In this document: positions 1 through 13,766 of the stretch, in pieces
Numbering within the stretch: the first letter of the stretch is position 1
How the letters are laid out: the number at the start of each line of letters is the position of its first letter
From: Takakia lepidozioides
Lineage: Eukaryota > Plantae > Bryophyta
Assembly (NCBI GenBank): GCA_030704615.1
Contig: CM060734.1
Location: 56,296,001 to 56,360,000 of the forward strand
Direction: 5' to 3'
DNA: 64,000 nucleotides
Notes under the pieces: model-generated
Seen by the model: the letters and a program-made list of their open reading frames with translations, nothing else
Databases searched by the model: none
What the model was told of the DNA's origin: nothing
Program-made: the position numbers and the translations under genes

Positions 1-3000
1 TATCTAATTTAAATTAGATCAAAGAACGAATTTCTTTAATTTTTCACACCCAAAACGTTCTCGACATTAAAAGCTGCTCCCAAGTCATCTACGAGTTCCC
101 AACAATGTAGTTCTCACAGATTCCCTGGATTTCACCTACAGGTGTTTCAAACATACACCAGTGAACTGCTCTGCTCCAGCCAAGATCTATAGCTATGCTG
201 ACTCCGGGGCTTTGATCTTCGCATCCACTCCATCTAGCACACCCTTCCATGCCACGCTTGGCGTGCACATGCCTCAGGGAAGCAATCTGAACAACTCCAA
301 CTTCGGCCACCCACAATGAACTCCTTCGCTCTTCATCAGGGCTGCCAAGTTCTATTGCAAGCACATGTAAATGAATTACGTGGAGCCTGAGTCACACATC
401 TGCCCCTTCAGTTGATCACTTGTCTATCAAGGCATTTTCCCACACCTAAGTGGGTTATACCCTCCTTCACCTTGCTGTCCCACCACTAGGAGAACTTCAT
501 GAGATCAGCCACAACTATCTCATACCCCGGAGTTGCCCTACATGTGAGGTCCACCAACATTCGGCTGTCCCTTCCATTCACACCTTGCTGGGCATACCCT
601 GTATTAATCACACTCCCTCAGACCAGATTTCAGCCACGTCATCAGTCGCTCCAACCTTCTCTATGCTGCTGCAACTGACCAGTACAGTGATTAAACAACT
701 CGAGGTGCTTGCTTCTTGAGATCCCAAAGCCCATCAGATCTGACCAACATGATCGTAGACATACCCTTTGCCATCATCCAACAGGTGGAAGCTCAGTCTC
801 CTTTATGTCCTGACTCAGATTCGCAATCCGCACACTATCCATTAAATTTGGCCCGAGTCGGCTCTTCCTTTCACCACGATCCTCAAGCTTGGCTTGTCCT
901 GGTTCTCCATTTTAAAATACTATTCTGTATTGACAAGAACAACCTCCAGGGAGTTTGCCAAACTGGTGTTAAACTATTCCCCCAAGACCAAGAAAATCAT
1001 ACGACGTCACCGTTGCGGCCACTGGACAGACCACCTTCTTGCTACATTCATGCCCGCATACTCTGCTGGAGCGAACTGATGAAAACCCTGTCACTTATCA
1101 GACCTCCGCGCTACCCGCATGCCACCAAATGAGGACTTCCAAACAAAAACGATCACTTGTCAACGTAACTATGTAGCTTGTTAAGCGACTGTCGAACATA
1201 TAACGACCAGTTTGCCAAGGTAACGAGCTCCCCACTGCTCTGATTTGCCGAGGATCTTCCCATAATCATCTTTCACACTCCCAGTGCAAGACAACCGTGG
1301 CCTGGGCTCCCTCCGCTTCTGTTAAATATGCGTGCCTGCCTCCGGCCACCTAACCACCAACTGGCCACTTGATTGATATCATTCCCTGTAACCACCACCT
1401 TTGAATCAAAGGTCTCAGGAACATGGTTCAGTACAGCCGTTGGTCATATTATCATATCGTCATATTTCCTTGCTTCTAGGTCAATGTGATCATCGACCCT
1501 TTAGAACCTGCCTGATAAGCTCATATTCACAGGTCTATAGCCGCATCGTCATATTCTTTCACACACTGCCATTAATTGGGTCTTTAGCTGAAACCCAATC
1601 AACTAGCTTTTGCAGCCGCTCCTCACTAATACCACCGCAAAGCAAACATGCATACTAGACAAAGTCCCCGAGTAAGACATATTTCATGAGCAACCTTCAT
1701 CGGATTTCTGCTCCATCATAAACAACATATTACCTGCATACAGGTACTTCCAGAGTGAAGGTTACTATGAGCATCTGTGCATAGCCTCAATCTCTATGCA
1801 CAAAGCGCCTGCTGGTACAAATTGGTTAACTCTTGCGGACTGCCCTCTCCCAACCTAAAGGTTGATTGCTCCCTGCAACCTTGGTGTCAGACATGGAGCA
1901 GATTTGATTGACCCGTAAATCCCCTACCCTGGTCGCTGGGAGTTCTGAGATGCTATGAAGTGATGTAACCAGTCGACCACAAAACGCATCAAAGAATATT
2001 TGATTCATCGTGTTGGCATCCCATCCTTGCCCTCCACTTCGTCTTCTTCGTCAAGTTCACGCTTCACAGCTGCTCCAGAACCTCCCGAGCTTTATTGTTG
2101 TTCATGAACATTTCAAGTCGGAAGCCCAAACATCTTGGTTGCCGCTCCTTGTAGATCGCATGCAGGCAACAACCTGTTTCTGCACAAGGGAGTCATCTCT
2201 GCGACCAACTCCTGACTCGTTACGAGCCAACCACTCTCAAGCATTTTTTTCATTTCATTTTTTTTTTTTTTTTAAAGACTACAGATTAGCTAAAAGCAGA
2301 TAATACGTACACTGCTAACTCTCAGCTCACCTTGCACTCACCTGACTGCACAAACATATTTATGCTTCCATCTCTTTCATCTCTTTGCTGCCACTAAGCT
2401 TCATACAAACACAAGTGTTCATAACACGTTGTCTATCTAGCCTAGCACTAAAAAGACTAGACATCATCTCTCTCTCGTGATATGAAAACTAAACTCACAC
2501 TGTCTCTGTTGACACGAAACACGAAATACAATATAATCACTTGTTAAAATAAGAGTCGAGCCAGGGGCACCCCCAAGCTATGGGGACTCCACCCCACAAC
2601 ATCCTACTCTCCCTCCATAAGTACACTCAGATGCTAAGCAGCGAGGGAGCTCGGTCGGGCAGGCTCAACTCGAGAGAGATGAGCCGCACGACTGACGAGC
2701 TCGTGAAGATAAGATGGTTCAGGTGTCAAGCTAAACTTGACACCTGACTTAACACTTGAACTAATTCCAAGTGTTAAATACAAATAACTAGATTTATTCT
2801 AGTTAGTTTCACACTGTGTTTATTTAACTTGACACAACATCTGCAATGAGGTCCTCATAAGACACCCTACATGTGCTAAAAATATATATATATAGGGGCG
2901 GCCCCCCCCCTACATGTGGTAAGAAATGAAGCATAGTGGCGGGCCCTTGGGGCTGGACATGCCATCCTGACATGTGCACCCTCTTACCCTGACCCCTGAC

Positions 3001-3029
3001 ATATTGTGCACCCAACCAATTACCTATTC

Positions 3030-3297
3030 ATACCATGGTATAGTCCTTGTTTTTGCCCATAATACGGGTATGCACCCGGGTATTGCTTTGACAATACTAG
3101 CCGGTCCGGTTATCAACCATAGTATTGGAATTGCCAATACCAGCCGGGTCGTTTATTCAATACCCTGGTCGATACCCGGCCAGACCCTATATACCAGTCC
3201 AACACTAGTCAATACCCTATCTAGGCTGGTATTGGCAAAGGCAATATCCGGGCGATACCCGTATTAAGGATAAAAAGAAGGACGATGCACCTGGTAT
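3030..3297. mobile_element. MITE with ~70-bp imperfect terminal inverted repeats
   Basis: The left end ATACCATGGTATAGTCCTTGTTTTTGCCCATAATACGGGTAT... matches the reverse complement of the right end ...ATACCCGTATTAAGGATAAAAAGAAGGACGATGCACCTGGTAT. There are internal ATACCC/GGGTAT repeats and no coding capacity. Confidence 0.7.
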
Positions 3298-4209
3298 TAT
3301 TATCAATCAATGTTGGGCAGGTGCAGATCCAACCCACCACATGCTCTTTACTATTTCACCCAACATGCATCATACCTTGAAGACCTTGTCTCTCCTTCAT
3401 CAAGCATATTTTTCTGTTCAAAAACACAAATTTGATGGATAAGAAGAATTGCAGATTTGGCCATGTTGGACAATGAGACTTGGAGAATCAAAGATCACGA
3501 ATGGGCTCATTAGGGCTCATTTATAGAATATGGTGGTTCAGTGGGTAGAAGACAACCGCAACTCATCAATCACTACACGCCTCTGGGCACTATGGTAAGA
3601 TGTGAAAACACCCGATCCCATTCCGACCTTTGCGAAATTTTGCAGCAAATGTTTAGCCCTTGCATTTTGACAACTCCGAAGATGACCAATTGAGGGAAAA
3701 TCATAGTAAGTGAGGCTCCGTCAGCCTTCCGACTGATAAAACTCATTATAAAACTAGAATGTGAGGGTGCAACAACACTTGTCATCCCTGAACGAGATTG
3801 GGTAGCATGTGCGTAGGCTCACGTCTTAGTGCGCTTGCTCACATAAGCAGAAGAGGATATGCCGCATATTCCAAAAATGTTCTTGAAAAATACTTTAGCG
3901 AAATTAAAACGTGCTCACGCCAAACAAAATGCAAGACATTTGGAAATTTCTGCTCGTGTGAGTACACTTCGATGGCTCCCAAGATCGAGTCTTGTGGCGT
4001 AGCTATCCCACCCCTTCTCTAAATGGGATGAATAGTCATTCTCCATGTTTTCTTCAAAGTCTTTGACAGCCTAATCCTAGCTTTCGTTGCTTTCGCTCTC
4101 CACAACGTTGAAGATTATTTCTGGATCGCGCTTCTCAGTGTTGAAGATTATTTCTGGTTTGGCCGTGTTTTGGACTTTAAACAATAGGGAAATGAAAGCC
4201 TGAACATTA

Positions 4210-4460
4210 CCTATCCCAAAAGTCATCTGTCCAATTTATTGACTTGGTCTTGAAGGTGCTTTTGCCACCATTGCTTGGCATAATCCCACAAATAAATTGG
4301 TGCCACTTGCACTCGGTCCTCGTCGCTAAGTCTAGTTGTTCGGAAATACTCATCCAGCTCTAAGAGCCGGGCGTTCAATGCTCTCCAATTCTGGACGCTC
4401 TAAAATGTGTCGAGCTCTTTTGGCTTCACTATGACCTTTGGCCTTTGTGGAAGCGGTGTT
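4210..4460 (-). pseudogene. Ty3/gypsy gag fragment, degraded
   Basis: Manual minus-strand translation KPKELDTF*...LLELDEYFRTTRLSDEDRVQVAPIYLWDYAKQWWQ fits the retrotransposon gag pattern and contains a stop. Confidence 0.65.
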
Positions 4461-7400
4461 CGTGGCTTTACTCTTTAGGACTCCACCAACTGGAGTGAAC
4501 ATTCCTTCCCAAAATACTTCCGACATATGAGGGTTTAGGGATGCCTTCGGAAAATCCTCATACCTTCACTTGTTTGATGCCTCGAGTACTTGAGCAGCGT
4601 TCCTTCGAAGATGTATTCCTCTCTCTCTTGCTGCTCCTGGCCCATTGGGCTCACTTTGGCCATTGGGCCGGATCAAGAGAGGAAATTTAGGCTTTCATGC
4701 TCATGCTTGATGGCCTCTGTCTGATTTTCTATTGGTCTCCATGTGGTATATAGTGTATATAGGGGCTACCGAGGCTCTTGTCCGTGAATCGGAAAGATAT
4801 TTCGGATTATGGATGCCTTGGAAATAATGTACTTGTAATTTGGCTCCTGCCAAACTACAATGAATGCACCCAAATGTTCCCAAGGGGGCTTATGGTCATC
4901 CAAGGCAAGTTGGACCACATGGGATTATTAGGATGCGTGCGGTGGTGTTATGCTCTGCCTGAGACCAGCAATAAATCCCACCTGTTTGTCTCCATATTTT
5001 TGGTCTTGCTTCCATCGATTCCATAGACAACTGGTTTTCTTCTTCAGATGGTTACCCTTTTCTTCTGATTGATAGCTACAGGAACACCCTTGTCTTACTC
5101 ACCTGCAAGACTTTTGTGTTGGTTGATGTTGCAAGCTAGGAAGTTGGTCTTAGCATGTGTATCTAAAGTGTGAGTGCACATATGTCCACCTTCTGTAGTT
5201 TTAGATGCTTACTATGGGCACCTGGTTTGAAAGGGCAGTATGGTAACCGTTTGGTTGAAGACAAGAACTTCGAAGAAGGTGGTGAAGCTTGTCCTGGAAA
5301 AAGAGACGCTTGTACAGCGGAACAGTGAAGAGCCAAGCAATGGTGGAAAGTGGGAGGTAAGGCTTTCTGTGGATTGATGTCATGGTTTTGCGCTATTTTC
5401 TAAATTCTCTCCCTTTTGTATAATGAACTTATGACCAGCCAGGTTGGCAGCCAAGCTTGACATACACAGACTTGCAACTCCATGTGGAAATACTAGCAAA
5501 ATGCACATGCATGTCGAGACATTGGAAGCATGTCTGACTAGCCGGATTGGGCATGGCTAATATACACAGACTTGCAGGTTTGTGTAGGAATATTTGCAAA
5601 CACACTGTCAGTTGATTCATGATGAATCTTCAGCTTGGCATATTGATACCAAGGAGGATGCCTAGAGAGCTTCCCACTTTTAGAACTTCGAGCAGGAAGT
5701 GAGGCCATCGTGTCAAAGTGAATTGGCAACGTCAGCCCAGTGGTTCCAGAAAAGGAAAATCTAAAGTGCAGCTTTCCTTCGAACACCCTAAGCACAAGAG
5801 AGGCAGCCTGTAGATCTTTTGGTTTCTGGCAGTGCCTTCTTGTTCTTCATTGCTTTCTCCCTCTTTGTTGTTCCCTAGTTCTTCTTCCACTTCCTGGGCC
5901 CTGCCCTTTTCTCCCAGTTCCTCCAATTAAGTTTCTACACTTCCTCAGCTTCCCCCTTGCTATCCTCCCGATGAGACAAAGAGATTCAGATTGAGTGGGG
6001 TCAAGAATGATCTACAACAGCAAGTCTTTTCTCTTTTTTTTCTTTTTTTTTCAATTTGTTTTTTATGCAAGTCTCTTCTATGCAGCAACTTCACCTTGAC
6101 GTGTAGCAGGACGAGGTGTTTCAGAAACCAAACTTCAAGAAATCTTAGTTCGGTGTTTCAACACAAAGAGCATGCAGGAGAGAACCAAAAACAATCCTCA
6201 GTTTCTGAAAGTGATGAGAGGAAACAACAAGATATCAAGCAGGAGATAACTAGTCTTCCAGTGCAGGCGGCCACCAAAGCTCTGTACAACAAAAGCTCCG
6301 AACAAGGCATTGCATGCATAAAACAGGAGACAGAGTAAGTGAATAAATTCGAAGAGGAACACAGTACTGGAATCCTCACATATAAACGTTAAATGCATGC
6401 AGACTTCAGTTTGGCTAACTGCTGATAATGGCTGCATGCATAGTTAACACGGAACGAGAGATTCAGAAAACTTAGTACCTTCACTGCAATTGTTTACAAA
6501 CATCACTGCGGGAAATTGTCCAAACTAAAACTCGTGTAGGATGGATTGTTTGGAGGGTGAGTCTAGAACTGCGAAGTCTACAGCAGTCCCAAGGAGGTGT
6601 GACCATAACCGCCGGTTTCATGTAGCACCGTTATTTCCCTCTCGTTATTTCCCTGTGAGCCACGACTCCAGCAAACAGGGGGCTACTTGGTGCGTTGGTG
6701 TTAAACTTTGTCATTTCAAATACATCAGCTGCTTCACATCTTGCAAAACAACAAAATACTGAGAGAAGACTTGGGAGATTGCATACACCACACGCGCTTA
6801 GCCGTGCCCAAAGGGCAGGACAGCATAGGGAGGGACAGACGAGATCAAAAGATATGGACAGAACTATGGTCACTGGATTATGCTTGAGCAGCGCAAGGGC
6901 TGTAAGGGACAATGGAGAAAATATGTGGACCACATATATCAGTCGATCAGTAATCAGGACTAAGAATGCGTGTGCCAATGTCACTTTAGCTTACAGTATA
7001 TGTTGAGCGCCGTCCGTGATTCTTTGGTCGGCGCTCGACTGTCCATAAGCATTCATTCTCATTGCCCATTCCCATAAACCAACATATCACACCTACGATA
7101 GGCCAGAGCAGGAGAACCTACCTTGAGACTGTGCACTGAGCAGCAAGGACCCACCTCGGGCTGTACACTAGGCAAAAGATCAAGCTCTATCGGTAGCTGC
7201 CAAAATAAGCGCAACATTGCACTCCGAAGAAGTTCGGCGTTTCACATCGAGGCCCGAAGTCACAAGCGCTGCCCAGGAGAGTCAACTCTGATGGGGTGTC
7301 GTAGACGATCAGAAAACTTTGAAGACAATTTAGTGATCCTCATCCCAAGATCAGTTTTCAGTTATCATCATCTCAGTTTTTGACCCCACGCAGAACAGAG

Positions 7401-7680
7401 CCACATAGACAAACCGGCATACAGAACAGCAGGGTAACGTAGAGCGGAAATCAGAAATATTCCAGCTTCCCTTCACTAAAGGAGAGAAAGAAATGAGTTG
7501 AACACAACGATGAAATCAAAACTAAGACAACACTGGGCCTCTGGGGATGACCTTACTTTACAGGCGCACACGACCCCTTGTGTCCAACACCCGTTCATGG
7601 TTCAAAGGAGTGAGTCATACACAACTCCAGCCGTCAGCACAGCTGACCGTATCGGCTCCGAAGTGTTGGAGCCTCGACAC

Positions 7681-8150
7681 ATAATGAGCACGGAACCATC
7701 CCATGAGTAAAGCTTCACTTCTGACCTTCCATTTTTCAAACCCTAATTTATCCCAGACCGCGTGGGTGGGTCCAAAAAGGACCCTTATTGTTTTTTTTTT
7801 GTTTTGCAAAGCCCTTTACAGGGGTCGCGGGAGCAGGAGGTGGTGTTCAAGCACCCCTCCTGCCCCTTGAGCCAACATCATTCTTCGCATTCGAATGAGG
7901 GACCTCTTGTGGAGTTCTCCCAAACTTGCAAAGAGACGATGACTTCAAGTTGTTTGGATGCACTTTGGAACGACACTAACTCCTGGGAAGCCATCTTCAG
8001 TCTCACATCCATAGATGCGATCACATCGGAGGCCCTTTGGAGGATAGTATCGAACGATGCAACAATCTCCAATGCCTTTGTCAGTGCAACAACGAGGGCG
8101 TCCTTGTGGGCAGCGCTGGAGTCCATTTCGAAGGCACAAGAGGTATGAGA
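7681..8150 (-). repeat. Copy 1 of a 470-bp dispersed unit containing an 82-aa ORF (7878-8126) and hairpins
   Basis: Near-identical reverse complement of 40116-40584, with the same peptide MDSSAAHKDALVVAL...FECEE in the ORF track. Confidence 0.9.
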
Positions 8151-11100
8151 AGCCAAGACCTCCCCTTGCCTATTTATACCGGCACATGGATGGATGGACG
8201 GGTCCATCCAACTTGGTTCGTCCATTCATATTAACTCAGGGCCATTGGGCGAAGGGAAGTGCAATACAGTACAAAAATTCGCCAGGCAACTGAAAGGAGC
8301 CAGTGTTCCACTTGCAAGACTTCACAATGCTAAGTCAAAAAGGACAACTGGAATCCACCAAGAATTACCATGGACACAGAAGTTCTGGGCTTGCCACACT
8401 TCAGGGCTTCACAGTGATGACAATCATAAGTCCTCCTTGTGAACCTGTTGATTCACTAAAACTTGGGCTATTTAAACAGCATAAGGCTGTGTCCAGGCCA
8501 ATATGCCTTTCAAAATGTTGGACCTACAAAACAAACGGAACTTTTGGAAAAAAAACTCTCGCACCTTTGATTTTGGTTTCTTATGCTCAAATCTGATTTA
8601 TGATTGAACTGCACTTGACGACACAATATGTGACTGTCCAAAAACTGCGGATGACCCTGATACTACACCCTCAAGACTAAACCTTTTCCAGTATGTTATG
8701 ACTCCCATTTTGGCATGAAGAACAGAGAGAAGAGCATCACGGCTGTCAAAGAAATCAAGAGAGTCAGGCACATACAGGGAAAAACCCTCCTGCTCCATTG
8801 CCTGCATCCACGACTATGTGAAACCCCTCCAGTGGCCGCTCTGAAGAGGGACAACAGAAAGGGCAACTCAGTTTCAAAAGCTACAAATAACCTACAATAT
8901 GATTGTGTCCATTACTACACACAGAATGTCAAATGGCTCCTAATGAGGAAGGCCAAGATGTTCTAGGTGGCAGAACAAGTGAGTTTGCTGCAGTGCAGTT
9001 GAGCAATCACAACAACCCAATGTGCCTCTCGATGAGCAGGCCTCTGTTGAGCTTGCTTTGGAGACTCTGTAGAGAAATAGCAGCAACTTCTACAGCTAGC
9101 ATCATCGTAAACCCAAATGCTGTGCAAATGAATGTGCATATGGACAACCTTGACCTGTATCTCATGGATGCCAATAATATTTGTCACTAGTCTTCTAGCA
9201 AGCAATTATGTTACATTACTACTGAAAGTGATCCTCCCTCAATGCAACCCAAACCCACAAACCTCTCCAACTTCCTTTTTTCTCTGGCTCGTATTGGGTC
9301 CAGCCTCCCACATGCTTACCCTTTCCTCCTGCTCCTCTACGAACTGCAATTGCCAGGTCTGAAGTGTACTGCTCCATATAATCCACCTCCTGAGCCACGT
9401 TTGTTGCAACACTGGGCCACAGTTTTTGTGCTACTTTCAGAAAGGGCGGAGGTTATTTTTGTTGCCCTGTTAAGATGTCACTGATGCAGTTTTCCCGAGA
9501 CCCCCCTCATTGGCGAAGAACTTCAACCCATTTCTGTTCCATGGAAGATGACTAGCTGTAAAACATTCAAGAGAACATAATTTAGACACCGTACCAGTCA
9601 TCAACAAGTACAGAGCACAACCTGAAACTCAACCCAAAAATCCAGAGCCTTTCATGGAGCTCCTGCAGGAGGGTTGCCAGAGACCCTGATAAGACTGAAA
9701 CACTGTTATAGGGTTCGTGCTGGCCTGCACAGGAGGACAAACACCCATGTACGATCTATCCTGGAGATGTAACACAAAAAAAAGTTTGTTCTTGAATGGA
9801 AGTAGCTTGGCTCAGCATGAACCTTGTCCCAGATTTTGGATTGAGCCTACATTTTGACAATGTGATTTCTTCGACAATGACATATACCTGGCCTAATAAA
9901 CCCAGAGATCCGGCCTCCCTACAGGTGGCCACAGCAATGCCCCTCTATCTACCAGAGATGTTCCTGAAGAAGAATCACATGTCATCCAATCAATCTCCTC
10001 TCCAATTTGTGATTGTGCAAATTGATGTTACGTTGAAACACCAGCTACATCCCAGGCCTAACGAGTGCAGGTCGCAGGCAAAAGCTTGTTTTGAAAAAAT
10101 AATGCAGATGACATCACAACATCACTAGCGAAACTCAGGACTAATGCAGCTGTCGTGATCAGCTGTAAGCCCTAACCCAATGTAGAAGCATATAGCTTTG
10201 CAGTTTGGCTACATGATCTGACAACAAACCTCAAACTCACTTCTCCAACCACACAGCCAAAATTGTGCCAGATTCAAAGAATCAAAGAGGGACCTGTGAT
10301 CATGATTGACCCACATACAGGGCACAAAATCTCTTCCTGGTCTGCGATAGTGCTGTTGAACATTGCCAGTGTTGATGCCAGCCTGTCCATCAATACCATG
10401 ACAGAAGAGTGTTTTGTTCAGAGTGGCTTGAGTGGTACCTGGAGCTAAGACCTAACACTTTTATCTGCTACTGGCTTCTGATCAAGAATGTCTGGCTCAA
10501 CCAAACATTGCCACCGAAAACTGCAGCTAACATTGTCCCAAAGAAAGACTGTACCATATGATAACAGATGGAGGAGGCTCCACCTTTGTGTTTTCAACAA
10601 GGTATTTGTTCCCTAACAGAAATTGAAAGCTTCCACTTCCCTTCATCATGTCGTGGCTTCTTGATGGTTGGTCCAAGGGATATCCGAAGCTGAGAAATCC
10701 GAAAACATGATAGAGAAGTAGTGCAAAACGAGCCAATCCTTCCAATCCTTCCAATCCTTCCATATAGAACAACATCCAATCCAGCCCCGGCAATACCCCG
10801 TGCTGCGGCTGCCTGCACAACAATACACAGTAAATTCAAATTGCAAGGTCACCTTTCCAGCAAGCTTTTACCATTCCTTACCTGAGAGATAAAGCAGTAA
10901 CTAGATGGCAATCCTTCACCACTTGCAGCCATTGGCAATGGTTGTGGTCAAGCCATAGATGGTGAGTCCAACAACTCCTTATGCAACCTTGTGCCACTGA
11001 TCCAACTACTCCTAGAGTTGCTGTAAGGCATTCTCAGGTGCCTTCTCTGCTCTGAGCCCTCCCAGGAACACTTAACTAGCAAGTGTCAATGAGGACCTTG

Positions 11101-13766
11101 GAAAGGAATGGTGTTGACTGCTCTAGGAAAACAGATAACTTAGCCACCACACAGAGATCAAGCATGCATGGTTTACTATGAGCCCAAGGGCCCAGTTACA
11201 TGTACGTTGTGAAAAGGGAGTCACTGACACACCAAAAATTTACGCCGTGCAAGACAATGCTCTCATCACAGCCTACTCAACTCACAAGTTTATGTAGAAC
11301 ATGAGAAAGGTTGCACTAACCACGTGTTATCATTTTACGATTGCTGCTACTCCCACAAGGCAGGGTAGGCAGCACAAGGTTCCCTGCAAAATCACGGCTA
11401 CTGCAAAGAAGTTTTGTTGCAGGATTGATTCGCAAATTCCGGAAGCCTGAAGAGAGGAAGCCCTCAATTTTGGCCTTGCTACAAACTTCGCTCTGAAAGG
11501 CGCAAGCAGGGAATGATGGCCTCTGCAGCTGCCACAGAGAAGCTGCACAGTACCCCACCATCATTCCAATATTGTTAGTGACTCTAGTTCCGTTACTGCA
11601 ACCAGAACTCCCACGAGTCGAGCAGTTGGCAAATCAAAGACCTGCTCCAGGGTTCACAAAACCTTTGCATGCAGGCGTCCATGCGGATTCAGTCTGACCA
11701 CCGATACTGAAGTGATATCTAGGTACTCGGAGCAACATGCAAGAGCAAACCCAGGCTCGCAGCGCTGGCAGTGTTTCTTAGTCAACAAGGAGCGTGAGCT
11801 GCAAACTGACGTCGATCGGCAGGGGAGGATTTTGGCTGCATAATAAAATCCGATGCGATAGCCAAATTGGGTAGCTGATCGTGAATCATCAGGTTCGCAG
11901 GCCTTGTCAAGTGAGAACCGGTGCGCTCTCCAAACTGACTGCATTTGTCTCCACAGACTGTCACCTCTACGAGTAAATGCGATCGTAGTCACCATATGCC
12001 ATGGTGTAAGCCACACCTGGCTTCTGGAAGAGCTAGTAAGCTGATGGATGTGCACAAGCTGAGTAAGATTCCCAGCGACAATTTAGACGTCGAATTCATC
12101 TTACAGCAATTTCCGTGTTCTTGACTTACTGAGTCTCAGACAACTCTTGACCACTCAATTCCATACCTGCATGAGACTGCTGTACCCTCTCATCTCATTC
12201 ACAGATGACAGACACTGAAAAAGCACGACCCATCATGTACACCTCAGAGTACGGCAACTCAACGACCCACACAGCAGATACCATGCATTGAATGCCAATA
12301 GCGAAAACGAGCACTAAACAACGAGGGTAGAAAGTATTCCTACAAGCCATGGTTGATCATTCGCTAGTTGCACCCTTGTGGTTCTGTTTTACATTGATGT
12401 GTTTATGTATACTGATCTTGTCACTCGTGACACTAAGCACTTGTCACTTTGGTTTTACTATTTATGAGGACCACTCTCTGGTACATATTCTGTGTGTATA
12501 TGAAAATGTTTGAACAATCCTTTTCCCAATTCAGTTACTACCAGACCCTCCATAGTTTTACTTTTTAACACTCTAGATACCAGATGTAAAGGATGGTCCA
12601 TAGCCCATTATGACCATTATGGGCAGTTCTAACTCATTGCTGTTTGGGGCCTTTTCAAGATTAACATCATCAAAACTAGAGGTCCTTTTCGTCAAGATTT
12701 CTTGACAGATTACTTCCCATGGATCTGCGATAGAGAGTTTCTCTACTATCATGGTCTAATATAGCATTCTGGACCTTGATGTCCACGATTATTGCAGTCT
12801 ACTATATGTACTAGTAGTATGCCCTGGCAGTTGCAGTCTTATATAGAATTTTGTGTCCTGATGGCATTGTACTATGCTATGCTGATTGTATTCTAGCATA
12901 GAAATTTGTAAACATGATGGTGCATGGGCAGGATAGCAGTGTTGACATTTCATGTTTCGTTGTGCACACGAGCTCTGATCCCTCGCTAAGGTTGTGCGTT
13001 GTTGTTTGATGAACATTCAGCCTATGGACTTTTTTCTCTTATATTTTGGTGAGGGTGAGGCCCCAAGAGAGGCGCACTGCCTGACCTGTACAACTCAGGA
13101 AGGGATCTGATATTATTTGCAATTATCAGGGTAGGGCAGCTGCATTAGCATTGAAAAATTAAGATGGTCTAGATAGACGACCCAATGCTGCTGGCAGAGT
13201 GGAACAAACCTGATTCAGGCAGCTCAAGGAGTTATTTCCCAGTTTTCAGCCAGTCGGGGCAGCTTCAAAACAACTGACAGCTTCAAAACAAATGACGGCG
13301 ATGACATGGCGCTAATGCACCCTATTCCTTCAGCCCTCACTAGAATGAGGCCAAGAAATGCCAGCTCTTTCCTTGTTTTAATGGCCTTCTCAGGCACAAT
13401 GTAAGTTCTTAACATTTTAGATATTTCAGATTGTACAACACACTGCAACACCTTCGTCAACAGTAGAAATTGACACCGACCGGCATTTCAAATTCCACCT
13501 CCAAGTAGGGCTGGACATGTTCCTCCATGTCCGTATCTACCAAGATTCCATATCTTGACAAAACATAACTGGCTTGAGGTTAAACAAGGCCATTAAAGGC
13601 TCTATGCATCCATCTTTGTGGTTTTCATTTCAATTCAGCTCAAGGCTGGAGAAGGAGAGAGATGGACGGACATCTGCACTTACCCAGCAAATTCTTCGTG
13701 AACTACTCACAGAACCCTCTCGACAATACCTCTACATCAACACACAAAGAGACTATCAACAAATAT

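Noticed and set aside
2690-2712. Hammerhead ribozyme core (CTGACGA)
   Set aside because: No stem II followed by GAAA and no cleavage triplet in the right geometry.
7681-8150. Telomerase RNA or snRNA gene (TATA plus AAACCCTAA)
   Set aside because: No plant USE element or U-snRNA sequence was seen, and the template-like motif is on the strand opposite to the TATA-driven direction.
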